From the NCBI GenBank assembly GCA_000002435.2, contig CM018793.1: DNA of 64,000 bases; one strand, given 5' to 3'. How positions within the stretch are numbered: the stretch's first letter is position 1; each line of letters starts with the position of its first letter. Below are positions 37,861-47,600 of this stretch, one piece after another. The translations under genes were made by a program, and so were the position numbers. This stretch comes from Giardia intestinalis (lineage: Eukaryota). The notes under the pieces were generated by a model. It saw only the letters and a list, made by a program, of their open reading frames with translations, was not told the origin of the DNA and did not search any database.

Positions 37861-40635
37861 ATGTTCTCCCATGAGGTTGCCCTTAGCAGCAAGCCGCCAA
37901 TTTCCCCTCAGAAGCCCGTGAACCCCCGTGTAGCTGCGCTCCTCGTTGAGCAGGACTCAATCGGGCACGGCAAGGCTATCGCGAATACGCTACTGGCTGA
38001 TAACAGCCAGGCCATGGGGACGTGCATCGGGTCGTTGCAGTTTCACAACATGTTCCAGGTACCCTCTAAGATAAAGGAGGACACCATTCAGAGCAACATC
38101 ATCAGCTTCATAAAGTATCACCTGGGGCGTGACTCCACCACTATAGACACCTTTGGAATGTTCCAGGCTACCTCGATATCGATTCGCAACACCCTTATTG
38201 ACAACTGGCGCAAGACTCTACAGCACCAGACCGCTACAAAGGCGCGCACGGTTAACTATCTCAGCTTGGAGTTTCTGATGGGCCGCGCTCTGACCAACAC
38301 GCTCTACAATTTGGAGTTGGGCCATGTTTATAAAAATGCCCTCAAGGACCTCGGCTTTACCATCGAGGCTCTCCAGCAGGAGGAGTCCGACGCGGCCCTT
38401 GGAAACGGTGGTCTTGGCCGTCTAGCAGCGTGCTTTATCGATTCCATGGCGTCTATGGACATTGCTTCGTACGGGTATGGCATCCGCTACAGTTATGGAA
38501 TGTTCAAGCAAACCATTAGAGATGGGTGTCAAGAGGAGTTCCCAGACTATTGGCTGACACACGGCAGCGAACCGTTCCCCATAATCGAGCGTCTCGACAA
38601 GGACTACACCGTGCGCTTCTACGGTTATTCTAGCAGTGAGCCAGATGTCAAGAACCCTAAGCGCAAGCTTTTCAGATGGGAAGGGGGCGAAACTGTCCGC
38701 GCCATAGCTCACGATTGCCTTTGCCCTGGGCATCACACAACCAACGTATCTAACATCAGGCTTTGGAGTGCCCAGGCTAGCTGTGACTTCAATCTGGCCG
38801 CCCATAGTAGCGGGGACTATTACTCCTCCATCCGCGAGCGCATGGAGAGCGAAAACATCTCCTTTGTACTGTATCCGTCTGACAGTACGGACAGCGGAAA
38901 ACTCTTGCGACTTAAGCAGGAGTACTTCTTCGTCTCTGCCTCTCTGCAGGATATGATCTACCGCTGCAAGAATATGGGCTGCAGTGTTCATGACTTCCAC
39001 AAATACTTCGCGATCCAGCTGAACGATACACATCCTGCTCTGGGCATTCCCGAGCTCATGCGCTTGTTGATGGACGAGGAACGTCTCGAATGGTCGGAAG
39101 CCTGGACAATCGTCAGCAACACCTTCTGTTACACAAACCACACAGTTCTTCCTGAGGCTCTCGAAAAGTGGAATCTCGGAATCATTGCAAAGCTCCTCCC
39201 CAGACATACAGAGATCATATTTGAAATCAACCGTCGCTTTATTGATGAGTTGAGAAAGATCCACAAATGTCCAGACGATGTTATCTCGAAGCTCTCGATA
39301 TTTGAAGAATGCGGAGGATCCAAGAAGGTGCGCATGGCCAACCTTAGCATTATAGGCTCATACAAAGTTAATGGAGTGGCGGCTCTCCACACGGAGATCA
39401 TCCGGAACACGCTCTTCAAGGAGTTCAATGATCTCTATCCCAACAAGATTGTCAATGTCACTAACGGAGTCACACCGCGTAGATGGGTTGCGCAGGCGAA
39501 CCCGCTTCTGTCTCACTATCTCACCAAGCACCTGAAGGAGCATAAGATAGCGGAGTCTGAGCACGAGTGGCTCAGTAATATGCAGCTGCTCACCTCGCTT
39601 GTGGAGCCTCTATCTAAGGATTCTCATGCAATAGCTGAGCTTTTGGAGATCAAGAGGCATAACAAGCAACGCCTGGCAAACTACATCCAGAGGCATGTGA
39701 GCTCTGAGTATACGTTCGACCGTCCGATTCCCACCACAATGATCTTCGATACCCAAGTGAAGCGTATCCATGAGTACAAGCGCCAGCTTCTGAACATTCT
39801 TCAAGCCATCCATTTCTATTTGACCCTCAAGCAGATGCACACGCACGAGGAGAAGGAGGCGTTCATGGGATCAGGGGTTTGCAAGATATTTGCTGGTAAG
39901 GCTGCATCGGCCTATGTGACTGCAAAGCGCATCATCAAACTCATAAACAATGTGTCGAAGCGCATAAATAACGATCCGGATACATGCAATTACTTGCAAG
40001 TCTACTTTTTACCGAACTATAACGTGTCATCGGCGGAGATAATATTCCCGGGCACAGACCTTTCCGAGCAAATCTCTACAGCAGGCGCTGAGGCTTCGGG
40101 CACAGGAAATATGAAGGCCTGCATGAACGGCGGAGTTATTGTCGGCACGATGGATGGCGCCAATGTCGAGATCTACAACCATGTGGGCGAGGAGAACATC
40201 TTTATCTTTGGTGCAGACACTAATACCGTTACGGAAGTGAGAGAGCAGTACTCGCAGGGCCGTCGCTTGCAGATATCTACGAGCTTGAATGAGGTCCTTG
40301 ACTGCATTGAGTCTGGCTTCTTCGGTGGCCTAGACGACTACAACACGCACTTCAAGCCCCTCGTAGACATGATCAGAGCGGGCAATGACTGGTATCTTGT
40401 GAGCGTCGACTTCGAAAGCTACAACGAGTGCTACCAGACTCAGATTGTGCCTCTGTTCCGTGATAAGAAGACCTGGGGGAAGATGGCACTAAACAACTGC
40501 CTCCGCATGTCATACTTCAGCAGTGACCGCTCCATCCGCGACTACTGCGAGAAGATTTGGAATGTGGAGCCCTGCAACCCGGACAGCAGTGTTGGTTCCT
40601 GCCTGGCTGGGGTGCCCTTGAACAGAAGTGCCTAG
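37861..40635 (+). CDS. glycogen (alpha-1,4-glucan) phosphorylase
   Basis: Diagnostic blocks 'NGGLGRLAACFIDSMASM', 'TNHTVLPEALEKW' and 'EISTAGAEASGTGNMKACMNGGVIVGTMDGANVEI' (the PLP-lysine region) are present. The protein is ~925 aa. The track start (37831) is a TTG, so the first ATG at 37861 is used. Confidence 0.9.
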   Translation: MFSHEVALSSKPPISPQKPVNPRVAALLVEQDSIGHGKAIANTLLADNSQAMGTCIGSLQFHNMFQVPSKIKEDTIQSNIISFIKYHLGRDSTTIDTFGMFQATSISIRNTLIDNWRKTLQHQTATKARTVNYLSLEFLMGRALTNTLYNLELGHVYKNALKDLGFTIEALQQEESDAALGNGGLGRLAACFIDSMASMDIASYGYGIRYSYGMFKQTIRDGCQEEFPDYWLTHGSEPFPIIERLDKDYTVRFYGYSSSEPDVKNPKRKLFRWEGGETVRAIAHDCLCPGHHTTNVSNIRLWSAQASCDFNLAAHSSGDYYSSIRERMESENISFVLYPSDSTDSGKLLRLKQEYFFVSASLQDMIYRCKNMGCSVHDFHKYFAIQLNDTHPALGIPELMRLLMDEERLEWSEAWTIVSNTFCYTNHTVLPEALEKWNLGIIAKLLPRHTEIIFEINRRFIDELRKIHKCPDDVISKLSIFEECGGSKKVRMANLSIIGSYKVNGVAALHTEIIRNTLFKEFNDLYPNKIVNVTNGVTPRRWVAQANPLLSHYLTKHLKEHKIAESEHEWLSNMQLLTSLVEPLSKDSHAIAELLEIKRHNKQRLANYIQRHVSSEYTFDRPIPTTMIFDTQVKRIHEYKRQLLNILQAIHFYLTLKQMHTHEEKEAFMGSGVCKIFAGKAASAYVTAKRIIKLINNVSKRINNDPDTCNYLQVYFLPNYNVSSAEIIFPGTDLSEQISTAGAEASGTGNMKACMNGGVIVGTMDGANVEIYNHVGEENIFIFGADTNTVTEVREQYSQGRRLQISTSLNEVLDCIESGFFGGLDDYNTHFKPLVDMIRAGNDWYLVSVDFESYNECYQTQIVPLFRDKKTWGKMALNNCLRMSYFSSDRSIRDYCEKIWNVEPCNPDSSVGSCLAGVPLNRSA

Positions 40636-40780
40636 GTGCGTTTGAAGTTTGCGCGTATAGGCGGGGCAGACGTAAATACTTTTGTTAGCACTCTTTATTT
40701 ATATATGCCTCCAAGTCTGCGAAGTTTCTGCGCGTTGGGCTCGCATTGCGAAAGATGTCGTGGTATAAAAATAATTACAC

Positions 40781-41593
40781 ATGCCAACCCCCGATGTGGT
40801 GCAAGTTGACATCCCCGCAGAAGCCAATCCCGACGGCTACAGTGAGCTGATGTGGTTCCGAGCGCGGATCAATGCAATCTCCGGAGTCCACTTCTTAAAT
40901 CTCATCCTGATTGTTATTGGATTTGCAGTGAGCATAGCATCTCTTGCTTTAGGAGTACAGTTCACCACGGTGCTACCCTTGCTGGCATTCGCAGGGGGCT
41001 TCTTTTGCAATATCTTTATTAATTATATAACACTATTCCTATCCACGCCTCTATTTCTTATTGTCGTTATCTACGGAATCTATAGTCTAAGCCTCTTTAT
41101 CTTGTTTGCTATCTCATCTGGCATAGGATCCTTTTCGTCGAAAGAGCTCGCTGCATTTGTGTTGGACATATGCTTGCTTCCGTTGGGCATTACCTTAGTT
41201 GTGTTAAACTTAGTGGTGCGCCGGCTGATTATCAAGACCATGGAGCACGTAATGCCCAATGCGCCTTTGCCAGGCACTGCCCTTCGGTACTCCTACACGA
41301 AGGCATACACGAAGATGAAGTCGATGAACGATGAAGCATACATTATTCTGGGGCATAGCGACATTGGAGAACAGTGTCAGCCCTTAGTAATAGCTGCCCC
41401 CGAAGAAAGCCATAAGCCAGTATTGCGAGAATTTGAAAAAGACCGGCGCAAGGGAATAATTCGCTCTGGAGGCATAGGGATTTTAAGGGGCTCACACAAA
41501 AATATAAACCCGGAGGCAATATCGTACCGCTATATGGCAAAGACGTTTCTGCCTCTAGGCTCTGACTTTGTCCCATCAGGTGTTATAAAATAA
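40781..41593 (+). CDS. four-TM membrane protein (hypothetical, 270 aa)
   Basis: The ATG at 40781 follows 'aaaaataattacac'. There are four long hydrophobic helices in the N-terminal 150 aa and a hydrophilic C-terminus. Confidence 0.55.
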   Translation: MPTPDVVQVDIPAEANPDGYSELMWFRARINAISGVHFLNLILIVIGFAVSIASLALGVQFTTVLPLLAFAGGFFCNIFINYITLFLSTPLFLIVVIYGIYSLSLFILFAISSGIGSFSSKELAAFVLDICLLPLGITLVVLNLVVRRLIIKTMEHVMPNAPLPGTALRYSYTKAYTKMKSMNDEAYIILGHSDIGEQCQPLVIAAPEESHKPVLREFEKDRRKGIIRSGGIGILRGSHKNINPEAISYRYMAKTFLPLGSDFVPSGVIK

Positions 41594-41613
41594 GCAAAAA
41601 CGTCAAAGATAGC

Positions 41614-44600
41614 ATGTTTCCTGGCTTACCGAATCCCAGTAAGCCGGTGACTGACAACGATATTATGGACGCGTACCTCCAACTGAGGAAGCAGACGGGA
41701 TCCCGGTCCTCTTCGCCAGCTAAGTCCTTATCGAAGCCGGCCGCCCTTCCCAAGACTCTTAAGCCTATACAAGTTTCGCATCAAATGAAGATAGATACTG
41801 AAACGGCTTCTCTAGCGGTAGAGCATCGGTTTACAGATCACATGTACGACCTCTTTGGAGAGCTTGAAAACGATCCTATTTTTGGGGAAGATGGGCTACT
41901 GAGGAGCAATGGTTCACTTCTACATGTCTCTTCTTCTCTCAAAGTCCCTTTCGGCAAAGAGGTTGGCATTACTGACCTTTCGCCCTCCAGATTCTCGACC
42001 GTGTCTAGCCCTTCCCCGCACTCAACCAGCTCAGGTAGCCTCAAGACAAAGGATCCTTTGGATATTTACCTAGAGTCGGCATATTCTGCTTTAGACACCG
42101 TAAACACCTTTGACCCTTCCGCCGCAGATGTGCTCTATAGGGTGATTAAGTGGCTAGTAACCGACGCTCGAGTCAAGCCTGAGGAGGTAGCGCGCCACAA
42201 GGAAGCATCTGCCCATGCTCTCGCTCTGGTCGCAGACAGAGAAAAAGTGATCGAATCCCTTACAAAGGAGAAGAACTCTGCTGTGGCCGAGTTTGAGGAC
42301 CTACGAAGACAAATAAAAGACTCAGAAAGCGCTGCTGCTAGACTCCAGTTCGACCTAGACTCATCTAGAGCGGAGATTCGCATGCATCTGGAGAAGATCT
42401 CTCTTCTCCAAGCAGATTTACTTGAAGAGGAAAAAAAGTTTTATGACATGAAGATGGAGAGAAATAAGTTAGCTTACCGGAACACGGAGCTGGTCACCAC
42501 TGGTGTTGAGTTACGCACGCAGATAGAGGAGTTTATTAAAGTCCAGAAGGAGTGCACGTCTCACGACGAGGAGTACACTATGGAGATTAAAAGGCTGAAG
42601 AGTGAGCTTGACAATCTGAAGGAGCAGTATGACGATGACATTGTGGCGTATCAGCAAATAGTGGGCTCAAAGACAGAGTTGATTGCAGATTTAACAATGC
42701 AATGCAACACGGCTCAGAATGAAGTTATGATATTAAAGGACAAACTAGCGTACATGCAGAATTGTATTATGGCCAACAAAACGGTCTCAAGCCAAAGAGT
42801 CAAAGATGGGAGCCTTGAGGGCAGCCTTGTCGGGATTGTCGATCAATCAACAAAGAATACTAAAGGCAGTGGTGATCAATCTGATACCGCGTCACAAGCT
42901 AGAGCGGCTGTAAAAAAATCTAAGCCAACTCGTGGTATCGCTGTCCAGATAGGAGGTGACAAAGATGGCCTCTGCACAGTTGCAGGAGAAGATCTAGAGG
43001 ACTCTGAGGCTAGCTCATTTATCCAGTTCAGACTAGGAGATGCAGGAGCCGGTTCTCAGCTACTGGACTTGCCCTCTCTGGCAGCCTTCCTATCTGCCCA
43101 AGTGAGCGCGGAGGCATCGAAGGTGAATGCCCTGCTGGATATATGCTCTACTGGTTCGCCTTCTAAGCAGTCCAATGTTGCTTCCAATGTAATCAGGCGG
43201 AAGATGCAGCTATTCAACAATCAGGTTTCAAAATATAAAGAGCTCTTGATCAAACTTGCTAACTCTGAGGACGTGGCTGTCGATCTGGACGTAGACTCAG
43301 ATATAGACTTTCAGGCCAGCCCACATACCCACTCGGCAAAGAATCCAAACGAGAACCCTTCCAAGAAGACTCTGCATGGAGTAAGCTCCTCTTCTGATGC
43401 CCAATTGAAGACCGATGACATTAGGACGTTGCAGACTATACAAGCAGTGCTTGGTGAGACGTTTACACTGGATGATCTCATCACTAACGAGGAGCTTTTA
43501 CGCATCGTGGGAGAAGCGAAACTGAACTTGCTTCTAGGTAAACTCAAGCAGAGAGGGTGCTCAACCTTTAACGCGAGCAACCTACTCAGCGAGGCTAGCA
43601 CTAAAGACGCCGATGATTCTAAGCTAAGCGTGGCACAGCATTCTCTACCACTCAGGGAGCCAGGAAAAGAACAGCTATTTGCAGCTACGAGTCCTCATGT
43701 TAAAGCACCCAAAAAAGGAGGACAAAAGAATGCACTAGGAACAGAGTCCTTAACCCGCAAAAAAGCTCCATCATTTCCGCAAAAGGTGTTGAATCACACT
43801 GGAGTTAGAACTGCACAGAAAACCATGCCTAATCGTGCAGCAGTACGTGATGGCAAACTTCCACAGGATGAGGCTTCACAGCTTGTCATGGACGGCCGCT
43901 TAGAGGGCCAAATGCTGCAGAAGATCACTGATATTTCGCAAATTGATGTCAACCTTAATCCAGAAAACGACTCACTGATAGAGGAAAATGGGCCAAGCAA
44001 TCTCCTACCTTCCGATATGACTGAAGAGACGCCTATCTACGGATATGTGTCACCGGCTCTCACCTCAGATATATTTGGTGCTGACCCTAAAGGATCACGC
44101 GAGTACCCAACCAAGGTTATCACTGACAAGAACACTGTGGAGAACAAGCCCGAATCAGTTGTGCATAATAGACTCTCTACTGAAACGAGTGTCTCCCAGA
44201 AAAAGCCTGTAACAGCTATTGCTATGACAGGAACGCGAACTGCGACCCAAGAGTCAGCAGAAGAGACACACCAAGCTATGAAGGAAATTCTTGAGCCTCC
44301 TGCTCGCCTGCAAACGCCGCAAGATCAACAGAGGCAGAGAATGCCTCCTGACACGAAGCAACAGGCCATGTACACTGTCACCACCAAGCAAGACTCTCAA
44401 TTGTTAACTGGAATGGTTGTTAAAGCAACAGGTCCTCTAGTTTCTGAAACGCCAGTGCGCATAAAAGGCACACCATCCGTTCAGGTAGGGAAAGCCACGC
44501 CACACATTTATAAGTCCAGTGTACGGCAGCCTAATGACCAGATGGTATTTCTACCAGGTAACCCAGTTAAGAGCATAGGCAAATTGAATGACCATCAGGA

Positions 44601-47600
44601 CAGCGACGATGAATCGGAGTCCAGTTCATCTTCGTCTCTTTCACTAAGTTCACACTTTGAAGATGGCAAGCTCCTAGAGAAGGATGTTGCTGGCGGAGTG
44701 ACCAATGAACCGGCTGCATCTCCAACCCAAATAGGTCTTACTGAAGATCGTAAACATAAAAAGAAGAAGCATAACGCTAAAGCACATATTAAATCTGATA
44801 AGGAACAAGGCATATTGATACAGCTCCAAGGAAAAGATGCTAAGAAGGGCTACTACACGTATCTACAGACAAAGAACGACAAGGCATTGCAGTATGAACC
44901 TCTCCTCGAGGGCAGCCGTGCATTTTCTGATGTTATTCTCACGGCGTCACATATTTATGATCCACATTTTGAGAATGCCCTTCTGGCGAAAAGTAAGCAG
45001 GCGCTGGAGCGCATTAAGACCAGGGCCCTGTCGGACCGCACAAAGCTACAGATGGCAGACCTTGATTATAACTACAAAATGCCGGCAAACAGCATCTTGC
45101 AAGGATCCCAACTTCTCAAACGTCAGCAATCAGAGCCGGATCTGTCCAGGGGCTCCGAGAAGCTGGGCGGCCCTATCGTTACGGCCTTGTTTGATGGAAC
45201 AATTCCTCATGTAGATGGAGTTACATCAGTTGCAAAGAAACTGATAGAAAATAAAGCTATTGATCACACTCCTAGAGGAGATGCTTCTGTGAGTGACCTA
45301 GATCTTTCGGGCCTTAGAACATATGACACAGGAAGCTTTGCGTCAAGCAAGTCGGTATTGGACAATGACGATCCACTAATTGACATGGCACAACGCGCAG
45401 TGAGACATTTCCGCTTGGTTGGTAAAAGCATGCAAGCGGACGACACTCCACCCTTCACTACTGAAGCAGCTACCAGTACACCCATGCGGGAAGAACTGCC
45501 CACAAATCCTAAGCCTTTACTCTCCTTGCATCAATCACCTCCAATAGAGCTGCAAGAGCATAAGACTGCGGCTGGGGAAGTGTGCCAATCCAGTCACGAT
45601 ATGTCTGCGTCGAAGCCTGAACCTACCCTAGCGTCTGCAAAACGTGAGAATTTAGTCTCACAGGCGAGCTCCTTGTTGAAGAAAACAGCCCCCATCCTGG
45701 TTCGTACATTTGAACCTGATCCGCTTTTATCGGACCGAGCCACTGATGAAGAAGGTAGCACTAATAAGTGTTGTTATGATATTGAGTCTATCTTTTCACT
45801 GGGAATGCCTAGCGACGAGAAGTCCTTTGAATTGCTAAGAACTGCTGTTTCGGCGCTAGCTGCTAAAAATATGGCATTGCATGATGAGATAGAAATGCTT
45901 AAGCAGAAGCTTGCAAGCGCTAAATCCACTAGCATCGCTCATCCGACTCCGTCAATATCTATGGCATGTCAATCAGATCCCAATCCAGCGGCAATGGCGT
46001 CACCAGCAAAGACAGATACTGAGGCATTTACTGTTGCCGCGGATTCATCTCACCCGAAGCGGCAAGAATTGCGATCTTTTTATCCCCCAAAGGCATTGAA
46101 TGTTCCTGCGCAGTGTTCTTCTAATGACCTCGTGGACCAGCAGCCTAATGCTTCTTTTGTGTCGCCTCCAACAAACTCCTTTGTAGAAATTAAGTCACAG
46201 GAGGGACTGATAGATACACGCTCTCCATGTCAATTTGAGACTGATCAAAGGACTATCAATTTGGAGTTTTCCAACGAGGAGAGAGTAGGTTCAGCGGTCG
46301 TAAAGCGAAAGCTAGGATATGAGGTGTTGACACACGTTGCCCAGGTAGCTCACGAGCCGCTTCTCAAGCCAAATAAGGACATAGTCCACCAATCAGAACT
46401 TTATGCCTATCCTCTTGTTGATCCAGCAGCTGAGAATACAGCGGATGGTGGCTTTGGAGCTTCACTTACCTATGATACTGCCTTAAATCTGGCGAAGTCT
46501 TCTATTAGCAAGTCGATAATAGTTAAGAACAAGGCCATAGATCATCCAACCCAGTCAGCAGAGCTCGACAATCTAATGCAGATAGACCCTAACAGTGAGC
46601 ATGTTCTTGCCCTGTCTGATGGCTCCGAAGATGAATTCCATCAGTTGGCAAGTACCAACACTGCTGATACTTTTAGACCCAGTGCTACAGAACAGCACAT
46701 AAATAGAATTCTGTTTCGCAATCACGCAAAGCCTCTGCTAGATGAGTACACGTCCATCAAGCATGCCAATGGACTCACTACTAATGCAAATTCACGCGAC
46801 GAAAATATTCCTAGTGCTCGATCCGCAGCACTACCTGTTTTGGTTACTGATCTAAAAGCTGCAGGTCTCAAAGGGAGGCCTCATCGCTCTGCAAGCGCAT
46901 CAACCAGTGTCCAGGGTACTGCTTTGCAACTGTTCCCCGCGGAAGATATTGACACGCAAAATCAGTATCTGGTAAGAACAGGATCATGCAAGGCAATCTT
47001 GATAACTACGCAAAATGAAGAGCCCCTGGGTAGCAAGGAATTAGAAAATTCTAATGGCAACATTGCTAGCAGTACTGATAATCAAAAACCTCCTTCAACG
47101 TCTGATAGGTTTTTACAGGGGCTGCAACCTCCCACCAATGGAAGAATCCAGCTAGATGGAGATGAAGATAAGACCACTGTTGTTGGCGCATCTCAGTACA
47201 ATCCATATATGCAGAAAAGAGTTGTGCCTTATGGAGACTTGCAGACGAGTAGAATCCACGTCCAGGATAACTGCGAAGTGGTCCCTGCTGATCTTTTATA
47301 CAAGGAGCCAACCGATGAAGAGGTAATAAGGCAGCACATACACCAGTCTGCACAGGCAGACCTAGATGCTTCGGCTGAAAGGCTTGGCAGTCTGGTGCGT
47401 AATCGGTGCAACGCTATCACAGAGCGCCCTATCAACTTAAAGTCACAACGCTCTTCTCCAAAACAATCGCCATCTAGATCTATCTCCCCAACCGTTACAG
47501 CTATGGGCAAGGGCGAGGTTTCTGCGGAGCCTCACCTCTATACTAGCGCACCTCTGAGTCCTATGCGGATGCTTCCACAGCAAAATGACGGGGCCGTTCA

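Noticed and set aside
38422-39264. 280 aa minus-strand ORF inside glycogen phosphorylase
   Set aside because: It is antisense to a highly conserved enzyme gene, and its long open frame is coincidental.
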